From positions 1 to 27,235 of IMG/VR virus record IMGVR_UViG_3300042893_000406: a stretch of DNA of 27,235 bases; one strand, 5' to 3'. The notes below the pieces were generated by a model. That model saw only the letters and a list, made by a program, of their open reading frames with translations, had not been told where the DNA came from and did no database searches. The stretch comes from a virus (lineage: Duplodnaviria > Caudoviricetes). Positions 1-7,579 of this stretch are shown here, piece by piece; position 1 is the stretch's first letter, and each line of letters starts with the position of its first letter. Made by a program: the position numbers and the translations under genes.

Positions 1-30
1 GATAAAGCACCACCTTGGGCGGCTAAGTAA
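1..30 (+). CDS. 3' end of an upstream gene, probably a phage ssDNA-binding protein (DUF669-like)
   Basis: Reads DKAPPWAAK* from base 1; PPW tails are typical of such SSBs, which often precede Cas4-like nuclease/helicase genes. Confidence 0.5.
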   Translation, partial: DKAPPWAAK

Positions 31-43
31 ATACTAGATTTCA

Positions 44-59
44 TGCACAAGGATGTGCA
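44..59 (+). promoter_or_regulatory. GGA-loop hairpin, candidate CsrA/RsmA site
   Basis: TGCACA-AGGA-TGTGCA perfect 6-bp stem containing ACAAGGATGT, 18 nt before the ATG at 78. Confidence 0.5.
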
Positions 60-77
60 ATTTACTAAAAGGTTAAA

Positions 78-1106
78 ATGAAAATTCCAGAATCAAATTA
101 TTCAATATCGTCTTTAATAGACCAAGCACATGAAGACAGGAAAGAAAAACCAAGGCCTCATATGGGCGCATCTATGCTTGGACATTCATGTGACAGATGG
201 TTATGGCTGTCTTTTCGTTGGGCAGTGCAAGAAGAGTTTAAAGGTAGATTATTAAGATTATTTAGGCGTGGACATATGGAAGAAATTACCATTGTTTCTG
301 ATCTTAGAGCTATGGGTATTAATATTGGTAATACTTCAGAGCATCAATCCCGTGTAGATTTTGGATGTCATGTATCAGGATCAATGGATGGAATTATCTT
401 TTCTGGCGTACCGGAAGCGCCAAGTAAAAAACATATTTTGGAAGCCAAAACTCATGCTTTAAAATCATTTGATAGCTTAGTTAAAGATGGTGTAGAGAAG
501 TCTAAGCCTATGCACTACATACAAATGCAAGTTTATATGCAGGGATCTGGAATAGATAGAGCCTTATATTATGCTGTTTGTAAGAATGATGATCGTATTT
601 ACACAGAACGAATTAAATTTGTACCTGAGATAGCAGAAAAATACATTGAGCGAGGACATAGGATTGTTAAATTAGATCGTATGCCTGAACCTTTAAGTGC
701 AGATTCAAGTTGGTATGAATGTAAGTTTTGTGCAGCTCATGAGTTTTGCTATAAAACCAAAGTAACAAAACATGTTAATTGCCGTACATGCGCTCATTCA
801 ACTGCAATGGATGATAGCACATGGAGATGTGAGCGCCATGATGCTGATAATATACCTGTAGAGTTTCAACACAAAGGTTGTGAATCACATGTATTACATC
901 CTGATCTTGTACCTTATCAACGCAAAGACTCCCCTGATTCTAATCAAGCTATATACGTTATTAATGACCAAGATGTTGTTAATGGCGATCCTACTGATGG
1001 AGTTTATAGTTCTGTTGAAATATTATCCAACCCTGAAGCTTGTGTTAGTGGAGATCCAATCATAGCTAAATTAAGATCTGTATTTGATGGGAGCATAGCA
1101 GGATGA
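78..1106 (+). CDS. Cas4-like PD-(D/E)xK exonuclease (phage type)
   Basis: GSMDG...LEAKT catalytic motifs, YIQMQVYM motif, split Fe-S-type cysteines (HSCDR ... CKFCxxxxxC) plus additional C-terminal cysteines. Confidence 0.8.
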   Translation: MKIPESNYSISSLIDQAHEDRKEKPRPHMGASMLGHSCDRWLWLSFRWAVQEEFKGRLLRLFRRGHMEEITIVSDLRAMGINIGNTSEHQSRVDFGCHVSGSMDGIIFSGVPEAPSKKHILEAKTHALKSFDSLVKDGVEKSKPMHYIQMQVYMQGSGIDRALYYAVCKNDDRIYTERIKFVPEIAEKYIERGHRIVKLDRMPEPLSADSSWYECKFCAAHEFCYKTKVTKHVNCRTCAHSTAMDDSTWRCERHDADNIPVEFQHKGCESHVLHPDLVPYQRKDSPDSNQAIYVINDQDVVNGDPTDGVYSSVEILSNPEACVSGDPIIAKLRSVFDGSIAG

Positions 1107-2713
1107 AATTAAGGGATTACCAACAAAGAACAATTGATGAGTTATACAAATGGTTTAATGATGGCAACAAAGGCAATCCATGTTTGGTGCTTCCTACCGG
1201 ATCTGGAAAAAGTCATATTGTTGCTGCGCTTTGCAAAGATGCTTTGCAACAATGGCCTGAAACTCAAGTTTTAATGTTGACACATGTTAAAGAACTTATT
1301 CAACAGAACGCAGAAAAGATGAGGGAACATTGGCCTGGTGCGCCAATGGGAATTTATTCATCAAGTTTAAATAAACGCCAATTAGGTGAGCCAATAACTT
1401 TTGCAGGAATACAATCAATAAGAAATAAAGCTAATCAGTTAGGTCATATAGATTTAGTTATTATTGATGAATGTCATTTAGTCTCTCATAAAGACGAAGG
1501 AGGTTATAGAAAATTATTATCTGCTTTATTGATTATTAATCCTGCTATGCGAGTAATAGGTTTAACCGCTACTCCATATAGATTAAATCATGGCATGATT
1601 ACCGATAAGCCAGCTTTATTTGATGATTTAATTGATCCAGTAAGTATAGAAGAGCTTATTTATAAAGGTTTTTTATCAACCCTTAGGTCAAAAGGTACTA
1701 AATCAAAATTAGATATTAGTGAAGTACATAAGAGAGGTGGTGAGTTTATAGATTCAGAGCTTCAAGCGGCTGTTGATAATGAAGACAAAAATTATGATGT
1801 AGTAGAAGAGGTCATTCAATTAGCTGGAGATAGAAAAGCCTGGTTGTTCTTTTGTGCAGGAGTTGCTCACGCTCAACATATAAAATCAGAGCTATTAAGA
1901 CAAGGTATTGTTGCTGAATGTATTACTGGAGAAACTAACCAAAAAGAACGGGCGCAAATCATAGCTGATTATAAGGATGGTAAGATTCAAGCACTTACTA
2001 ACGCGAACGTCTTAACTACTGGTTTTGATTATCCAGATATTGATTTGATAGCTATGTTACGACCTACTATGTCAACCAGTCTTTATGTTCAAATGGCTGG
2101 TCGGGGTATGCGCCCTAAATCGCACACAGATCATTGCTTAGTGCTGGACTTTGCTGGCGTAGTGGAAACACACGGCCCAATTACTAATGTAAGACCTCCC
2201 AATAAAAAAGAAAAAGGTGATGGAGAAGCGCCTGTTAAATTATGTGATGAATGTGGAGAATTAGTTTATATTTCTGCAACTGTATGTCCTGCGTGTGGCA
2301 CTCCATTTCCTCCTCCTGTAAGACCTGATCTTGTTTTAAGAGATGATGACATAATGGGCTTAAGAGGCTCAGAAATGGATGTGACTAGTTGGAACTGGCG
2401 CAAGCATACATCTAAGACTTCTGGCAAAGAAATGCTTGCAGTTACTTATTATGGTGCGTTATCTGATGTACCTGTTACTGAATATTTATGTGTTGAACAT
2501 GATGGTTATGCAGGGGATAAAGCTAGAAAGTTATGGAATGATATTTGTTTTAAAGCAAGAGTAATTTCATATAACAAGAATATAGACGGAGATGATTATT
2601 CATTAGTTGAAGCTTCATCGCACATTATGAAGCATGGAACACCACCCACATCAATAGAATACATTAAAGATGGTAAATTCTACCGTATATTAAATAGGAG
2701 TTGGGATGTATAA
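1103..2713 (+). CDS. Superfamily 2 DNA helicase (RadD/SSL2-like) with C-terminal Zn finger
   Basis: LRDYQ Q-motif, PTGSGKS Walker A, DECH, TATP, QMAGRGMR motif VI, CDEC/CPAC zinc finger. Confidence 0.93.
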   Translation: MKLRDYQQRTIDELYKWFNDGNKGNPCLVLPTGSGKSHIVAALCKDALQQWPETQVLMLTHVKELIQQNAEKMREHWPGAPMGIYSSSLNKRQLGEPITFAGIQSIRNKANQLGHIDLVIIDECHLVSHKDEGGYRKLLSALLIINPAMRVIGLTATPYRLNHGMITDKPALFDDLIDPVSIEELIYKGFLSTLRSKGTKSKLDISEVHKRGGEFIDSELQAAVDNEDKNYDVVEEVIQLAGDRKAWLFFCAGVAHAQHIKSELLRQGIVAECITGETNQKERAQIIADYKDGKIQALTNANVLTTGFDYPDIDLIAMLRPTMSTSLYVQMAGRGMRPKSHTDHCLVLDFAGVVETHGPITNVRPPNKKEKGDGEAPVKLCDECGELVYISATVCPACGTPFPPPVRPDLVLRDDDIMGLRGSEMDVTSWNWRKHTSKTSGKEMLAVTYYGALSDVPVTEYLCVEHDGYAGDKARKLWNDICFKARVISYNKNIDGDDYSLVEASSHIMKHGTPPTSIEYIKDGKFYRILNRSWDV

Positions 2714-2897
2714 AGAGCCAGATTATTTAACCGAATATAAAAAATCAAGAAAATTAGGGCCACCAAGGTGCTGCCATACATGTGATTTTTACGCAAAAGA
2801 ATATATGTTTTGTTCTAAATTTAACATGAGTCCTCCAGAAGAATTTACCCAAGAGCGTGATTCATGTCCTGATTACTTTGAGGAGATTCCATTTTGA
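2706..2897 (+). CDS. Small Cys-rich protein with acidic ...EEIPF C-terminus
   Basis: Overlaps both neighbours; CCHTC, C and C residues; ends PDYFEEIPF. Confidence 0.7.
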   Translation: MYKEPDYLTEYKKSRKLGPPRCCHTCDFYAKEYMFCSKFNMSPPEEFTQERDSCPDYFEEIPF

Positions 2898-3235
2898 CTA
2901 CTGAAAAAATACCTACAGAACATCATGAACAAGCTTTGTTTGTGCAATGGTTTAGAAGAAAATATATTGGTGTATTAATACACTCCATTCCCAATGGAGG
3001 TCATCGTAGTTTTTCAACAGCCACAGCTCTTAAAGTAGAAGGAACTGTTAAAGGCATACCCGATTTATTTATACCTGAATGGCATATATGGGTAGAAATG
3101 AAACGCATCAAGGGCGGTAGCTTAAGCCCAGAACAAAAAAATATTATTGAATATCTTGAAGAGTGTGGCTATCAAGTCATTGTTGGAAAAGGGTTTTTAC
3201 ATGCTAAAGAACAAATAGAAACATTAAAATATTAA
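2894..3235 (+). CDS. VRR-NUC domain nuclease
   Basis: EHHEQ...IPNGG...GIPDL...WVEMK...LSPEQ motifs; TTG start overlapping the upstream stop. Confidence 0.88.
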   Translation: MTTEKIPTEHHEQALFVQWFRRKYIGVLIHSIPNGGHRSFSTATALKVEGTVKGIPDLFIPEWHIWVEMKRIKGGSLSPEQKNIIEYLEECGYQVIVGKGFLHAKEQIETLKY

Positions 3236-3252
3236 TAATTAATATTGTAGTG

Positions 3253-3281
3253 TTGACATAAGTATTTCTTAGTTTTAAGAT
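3253..3281 (+). promoter_or_regulatory. Sigma70-type promoter
   Basis: TTGACA (3253-3258), 17-bp spacer, TAAGAT (3276-3281), in the intergenic gap before 3315. Confidence 0.75.
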
Positions 3282-3314
3282 AACCACACTTCAACAACAA
3301 CGAGAGAAACTAAA

Positions 3315-3533
3315 ATGAACAATAAACAAATAGCAATAATTATAATAACAGCCATGACTTGTGGCTTTATAATTGGAACGACCTATGCCAAGGACAGCCA
3401 TTCTGTCCAGATCCACAAGACTGGCTCAGGCATGTTTATCATTGATAATTCACCAAAAGGTGAACGTATCTACCAAGTGTTGGAGTTACCCACCAACGTA
3501 CCATCGTTTGTTGCTCCAAGAGGTGACTTCTAA
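3315..3533 (+). CDS. Hypothetical protein with N-terminal signal/TM segment
   Basis: GAGAG upstream; MNNKQ followed by a hydrophobic stretch ending TYA. Confidence 0.7.
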   Translation: MNNKQIAIIIITAMTCGFIIGTTYAKDSHSVQIHKTGSGMFIIDNSPKGERIYQVLELPTNVPSFVAPRGDF

Positions 3534-3805
3534 TGTTTGCCTATGATGACCGTGAAGAAGCAAGTATGGAGTTTGATAGCGTAATTGATGATATGCTAAC
3601 CGATCAGCAAATTGGTGGATCGCTAGTAGCCCAAGCATTTGTAGATTATCTGCAAGCATTGATTAACGCTGACATAATAGAAACAGATGGATCAAGTTTC
3701 TTTCAGTTGCTAGAAAACGCTACATTATCCACCAAGTACACAGACATTAATGTTCTTGTCCAGAATGCGATGAACTGGAGAGCATTACAACTAATAACTT
3801 CTTGA
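3533..3805 (+). CDS. Hypothetical acidic protein
   Basis: GAGGTG RBS, TAATG coupling with the upstream gene. Confidence 0.75.
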   Translation: MFAYDDREEASMEFDSVIDDMLTDQQIGGSLVAQAFVDYLQALINADIIETDGSSFFQLLENATLSTKYTDINVLVQNAMNWRALQLITS

Positions 3806-3819
3806 AGGGAAGCCCACTC

Positions 3820-3848
3820 GCCAGCCGTTAAAAGCTGGCATTTTTTTT
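3820..3848 (+). terminator. Rho-independent terminator
   Basis: GCCAGC-cgttaaaa-GCTGGC stem-loop followed by A and eight T. Confidence 0.75.
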
Positions 3849-3861
3849 AGGAAATAAGATT

Positions 3862-3975
3862 ATGAAAGATTACAAGAACCCACCATTAATACCATTTACC
3901 AAGCACCAAAAAATATTATTAATTGCAATGACTGTAGCGTTTATTTTTTTAGTAATAGAAGGAATTTGTTTATGA
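3862..3975 (+). CDS. Small membrane peptide, 37 aa (not in ORF track)
   Basis: AGGA upstream; MKDYKNPPLIPFTKHQKILLIAMTVAFIFLVIEGICL*; ATGA overlap with next gene. Confidence 0.6.
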   Translation: MKDYKNPPLIPFTKHQKILLIAMTVAFIFLVIEGICL

Positions 3976-4448
3976 TGACCGAACAAGAGCGCATTGTAAA
4001 AAGGCAGGAGCATAACCAACGCTACAGGCAACAAAACAAGTTATCAATTAATGCTCGTGCTAGAGCTAAAACATTGAGGTTAAAGATGCCTGATATGCCA
4101 GTTATTGATGAGCAGTTAAATATCACCAAAAAAGAAGTTGCTAAACTGGTTGGCGTTAAAATACTAACCCTTGAAAAGATATTAAAAGATAAAAAATACT
4201 GCGCACCAAGTCATATTGGTATGCACTTTGATGGAACTGTACTTTATAACAGAGTTGCAATAATGGAGTGGCTACCTTACATTCGGGAAGCATCGGCCTT
4301 TATTGGCAAAGGCAAACCTATTAAGATTACTGGCATGGCGGCACAAATAGTTGAATTTATGCATAGAAATAAAAAAGTAGAATTGTTTTGTAATGAGCTA
4401 AGGCGCAAAGAAATAGATGGGAGGAGCAATAATGGAACGAGATATTGA
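3972..4448 (+). CDS. Basic protein with probable HTH (excisionase/AlpA-like) region
   Basis: ITKKEVAKLVGVKILTL...LYNRVAIMEW pattern; start moved to ATG 3972 after GAAGGA. Confidence 0.55.
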   Translation: MMTEQERIVKRQEHNQRYRQQNKLSINARARAKTLRLKMPDMPVIDEQLNITKKEVAKLVGVKILTLEKILKDKKYCAPSHIGMHFDGTVLYNRVAIMEWLPYIREASAFIGKGKPIKITGMAAQIVEFMHRNKKVELFCNELRRKEIDGRSNNGTRY

Positions 4449-4677
4449 TTTTGCATTAATGCTCCAAGTGCTACATGTAAGAGGTTTTAGTTTGGCGGAC
4501 ATAGCTAGGAAAACTAATACTTCAATGAGTACATTGTCAACGGTAAAACAAGAATCTAAATGCCCACCAGCAGGATGGTTAGAAGCAATTAATCTTCTTG
4601 ATTATTGGCTTAAAGCAACTGGGGAAAACCCTCCGAGGGTTGGGGATCATATTAGTGTGGAGGTGGGGAATGAGTAA
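4432..4677 (+). CDS. Small HTH DNA-binding protein
   Basis: GFSLADIARKTNTSMSTLS HTH pattern; AGGAG RBS before ATG 4432. Confidence 0.65.
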   Translation: MERDIDFALMLQVLHVRGFSLADIARKTNTSMSTLSTVKQESKCPPAGWLEAINLLDYWLKATGENPPRVGDHISVEVGNE

Positions 4678-4993
4678 AGAAAGAGAGCTGTTGCAGAGAA
4701 TCTTAGACACAGACCCTAAATTTTTGGGTGGAAGATTTATAGCTGAAATACAAGAACTCCTCGCCCAACCTGAGCAGACTGAGCCTCTTTTAGCAGAAAC
4801 AAAGATTGAATGGTATGGGAAAGGGTTTAGACAAGGGGTCAATGAGTTTGCACCACCCAAACCCTTAACAGAAGATGTTATATATGCTCTTGATAAAGAA
4901 GGGATTGTTGAAAATATGGACGATCATCAAGTCAGATACGTCATTAGATGGATAAGAAGCGTAGAAAAAGCACATGGCATTGGAGGTGAATGA
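4670..4993 (+). CDS. Hypothetical phage protein
   Basis: GGAGGT RBS before ATG 4670 (MSKERELL); ends VEKAHGIGGE, a tail seen in many phage hypotheticals. Confidence 0.7.
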   Translation: MSKERELLQRILDTDPKFLGGRFIAEIQELLAQPEQTEPLLAETKIEWYGKGFRQGVNEFAPPKPLTEDVIYALDKEGIVENMDDHQVRYVIRWIRSVEKAHGIGGE

Positions 4994-5160
4994 TGATTAA
5001 AGTTAATACGCTTATAAAAAAACACAATAAAATTTTAGAATCTATGCAATTAAAAGATAATAAAAAATATATGACCGTAATGGATGAGCATAAAAATTAT
5101 TATATTATTGAAAAGCAAGCTTATATAAAAAGAATAAAATTAGAGGCAAGTAATGAGTAA
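4990..5160 (+). CDS. Small basic hypothetical protein, 56 aa (not in ORF track)
   Basis: GGAGGT RBS; MMIKVNTLIKKHNKILES...EASNE*; fills the gap and overlaps both neighbours. Confidence 0.6.
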   Translation: MMIKVNTLIKKHNKILESMQLKDNKKYMTVMDEHKNYYIIEKQAYIKRIKLEASNE

Positions 5161-5359
5161 AATGAAATATCCATTACCAAATGAAAACGCACGTTGCTTA
5201 GGTAGCAACTGCGATAAGAAACAAGATTGCCAACGCTACCTAACCATTGAAGTGGATACTAAGGATTACATGTGGCACGGGGATTTTAAAAAAGAACTAA
5301 AAAAAATAGAGTGTGATTTATTTATAGATTGGCGCAATAATAATTATTACGAAAACTAA
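5153..5359 (+). CDS. Small Cys-rich hypothetical phage protein
   Basis: GAGG RBS; CxxxxCxxxxxCxRY...C pattern. Confidence 0.7.
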   Translation: MSKMKYPLPNENARCLGSNCDKKQDCQRYLTIEVDTKDYMWHGDFKKELKKIECDLFIDWRNNNYYEN

Positions 5360-5373
5360 CCTGGAGAATAAAA

Positions 5374-5718
5374 ATGATATTTTATAGCTGTGAAGAAATT
5401 GAAACTAAACTTTATAAAGCAAGAATGATTAACCTTTACTTAACTGTAGCGTTGGTTATATCAATTATGTTTAACATTGCGCCAGCAGAAGCCGCCTCGT
5501 TATATGCACCAGATGGAACGTATCTTGGTGAGTTATCAGCTAACCAATTTGATCCTAACTCGACTAGCAATCCTTATGGCAAATACGGCTCGCAATTCTC
5601 ACCAACAAGCATTAATAATCCTAATGGGCAGTATGGATCGCAGTTTTCACCACAAAGCCCTAACAACCCTTATGCTACATCAACAACAACTCGGCTTCCT
5701 TTGATCTTCGGACGGTAA
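5374..5718 (+). CDS. Probable exported/membrane-anchored protein with NPxGxYGSQFS repeats
   Basis: GGAG RBS; hydrophobic segment ending AEA; 16-aa periodic repeats. Confidence 0.7.
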   Translation: MIFYSCEEIETKLYKARMINLYLTVALVISIMFNIAPAEAASLYAPDGTYLGELSANQFDPNSTSNPYGKYGSQFSPTSINNPNGQYGSQFSPQSPNNPYATSTTTRLPLIFGR

Positions 5719-6109
5719 GCCCTTTCATTTCTTTACCAGCGGCTTTGTTCCATTTCTTTATTTCGGATGAAGCCGCTATCCAGTTACCCGCATCAACTTG
5801 TTTCTTTAATGTTGATTTAGAATAATTGCCAATGCCTAAGTTGTATATGAAGTCGGCTATTGCAGCTAATTTCTCAATATTGACTGTTGCTAGTACGGGG
5901 GAATACTTTACCGCTCGGTCGAGAACACTCATGGCGGTTATTAACAAACATTCATCAGCTTTTTCTTGTGTCCAACAAACACTTTTCTTTACTTCTGCCC
6001 CGGTGAAACCCCACCCCACTGTCCACACCCCAGCAGGGCATTGGTATGCAGTTAATTTGCAATTTTCACTATCTCTAATAAGTTTTAAAAGTATCTCTAA
6101 AGCAGACAT
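5675..6109 (-). CDS. Endolysin, phage lysozyme (GH24)
   Basis: E15-X8-C24-X5-T30 catalytic triad, GVWTVGWG, FIYNLG, KWNKAAG...GLTVRR..E motifs; no SAR segment seen. Confidence 0.93.
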   Translation of the reverse strand: MSALEILLKLIRDSENCKLTAYQCPAGVWTVGWGFTGAEVKKSVCWTQEKADECLLITAMSVLDRAVKYSPVLATVNIEKLAAIADFIYNLGIGNYSKSTLKKQVDAGNWIAASSEIKKWNKAAGKEMKGLTVRRSKEAELLLM

Positions 6110-6366
6110 TAATGTTTAACCATATCAATAAACCAAGTAATCAGCGTAGCTACAGATGCGCCAATACCACCAACTACTAGTAACAACTTCCATCCACCTT
6201 TAGCTTCAGATAAAGTTTTGCTTATTTCTCTAATAGCATCTTTTATCTCTTCCATGTCTTTAGTCATTTTATCCATATCAGTCTGAAGGTGCCTTATATC
6301 TGCACTATGCGTAGCAAGTTCCCTTACTGTTTGCATTGCCGGATCATCCGCTCTCTGGTGTTCCAT
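6109..6366 (-). CDS. Coiled-coil protein with C-terminal TM helix (holin/XhlA-like lysis protein)
   Basis: Heptad region then GGWKLLLVVGGIGASVATLITWF; directly upstream of the lysozyme. Confidence 0.6.
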   Translation of the reverse strand: MEHQRADDPAMQTVRELATHSADIRHLQTDMDKMTKDMEEIKDAIREISKTLSEAKGGWKLLLVVGGIGASVATLITWFIDMVKH

Positions 6367-6368
6367 AA

Positions 6369-6605
6369 TTATACCCTAATGCCACGTATCCAGAGCAATG
6401 CAAGTTCTATAGCGCAGTTTACTAACACGCTTCCCACACCACCAGCTAGTAGCTTAAGATCGTTAAATACAGATGCTCGTTTTTCAGCATTTGTTAAACT
6501 TGTATCAGTTTCTAATGTAGACACAAGATGGCGAGCATTTGCCCACAGGTTACTACCTAGAACTAGTTTTGCTAAACTACTTATTGCAGTTGATTTTAAA
6601 TTCAT
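6369..6605 (-). CDS. Hypothetical lysis-module protein
   Basis: Tightly packed in the operon; amphipathic with NAEKR motif. Confidence 0.65.
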   Translation of the reverse strand: MNLKSTAISSLAKLVLGSNLWANARHLVSTLETDTSLTNAEKRASVFNDLKLLAGGVGSVLVNCAIELALLWIRGIRV

Positions 6606-6785
6606 TTAAAACTCACAAGTTAAGACGGCTTTGCCACCGTCTATTAAGGCATCTGAAAAACCAATTTGCTCAACAAGTTCTGGCATTAATTGGCATTTAT
6701 TTACTGTGCAGTTTGTCAGGAGTAATAATACCACAAGCCCCGCTAAGTGCCATACCCAACGCAATAATCGCCTCAGCCTGTTCAC
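6606..6785 (-). CDS. Hidden small lipoprotein (59 aa from GTG 6785, or 52 aa from TTG 6764) overlapping the holin-like gene
   Basis: MNRLRRLLRWVWHLAGLVVLLLLTNC|TVNKCQLMPELVEQIGFSDALIDGGKAVLTCEF*; lipobox-like LTNC; stop abuts the next ATG (TAAATG). Confidence 0.6.
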   Translation of the reverse strand: MNRLRRLLRWVWHLAGLVVLLLLTNCTVNKCQLMPELVEQIGFSDALIDGGKAVLTCEF

Positions 6786-6879
6786 CTTTAAATGCTATTA
6801 AACCAAAAGATGTGGCAACCCATATCGCTGCTCTCCAGCTTGAAGGTTCTTTTAAACGTGCTAAAAAAAAGTCTTTCAT
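6697..6879 (-). CDS. Small holin-like membrane protein
   Basis: RLKEPSSWR N-terminus with two hydrophobic segments; in the lysis module. Confidence 0.65.
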   Translation of the reverse strand: MKDFFLARLKEPSSWRAAIWVATSFGLIAFKGEQAEAIIALGMALSGACGIITPDKLHSK

Positions 6880-7232
6880 CAGCTTAAGTTCTTTAGTTTA
6901 TAAATAGTTGAAAGATAAAGATCAGTCACAGAATCCATTAAGTTTTCCAATGCTGGTAGACCTTTAGTGCATTTAGAGCGGTATTCATTTAGCCACATAA
7001 CTTCTTTAGCAAGATGAGTTGTAATATTGGCAGGAGATACTTGCTTAACATCAACAGCACCCATCAACCCAAAAGCACCTTGATAGGCTTCAACAAGATT
7101 ATCTACAAGATCAATTATTTGATTGTAGAACTTCTCCAATGCTTTATGCTCTGCATAAGATTTTGTACGCCAATGTTGTAGATGTGCCGCATTACGGCTT
7201 GCAAATGTTTTTGCTACTAATTGTTCAATCAT
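6879..7232 (-). CDS. Ferritin/Dps-like four-helix protein (DUF5856-like)
   Basis: HLQHW...AEHKAL..FY...D..VEAYQG and terminal YKLKNLS motifs; GAGG RBS before ATG 7232. Confidence 0.7.
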   Translation of the reverse strand: MIEQLVAKTFASRNAAHLQHWRTKSYAEHKALEKFYNQIIDLVDNLVEAYQGAFGLMGAVDVKQVSPANITTHLAKEVMWLNEYRSKCTKGLPALENLMDSVTDLYLSTIYKLKNLS

Positions 7233-7579
7233 AACCATACCTCGTTTGGTGCAACAGGCCACACTAAATCGCCTGCTGTGGGATAAACAGCAATTTGCCT
7301 TACTAAGTTACGGTAAGCAATAAACTCAGCTTGGTTAGCTAAATAAGGGCTGTTGATAGGGTCAGCAACATCAGCAATGGTTGTCCAATCTGTAGCCGTT
7401 AATAATACAGACGCAGTTGCTTTGTTTTGCTCTAATGTCGGCAAAATAGGTAAAGGCCAGTTGCCTGTAATATCTACCCACCCATTATTTATAGCTTGTT
7501 GAATATAAGGTGCTTGACTAGGGTCTGTTTCATCATATCCGTAAACTTGTAAATCTGTTAAATCTTGGTAATAAATCAT
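7229..7579 (-). CDS. Tail fibre assembly chaperone-like protein
   Basis: LLTATDWT...YRNLVRQI...WPVAP motif; follows the fibre gene; start moved to ATG 7579. Confidence 0.75.
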   Translation of the reverse strand: MIYYQDLTDLQVYGYDETDPSQAPYIQQAINNGWVDITGNWPLPILPTLEQNKATASVLLTATDWTTIADVADPINSPYLANQAEFIAYRNLVRQIAVYPTAGDLVWPVAPNEVWL

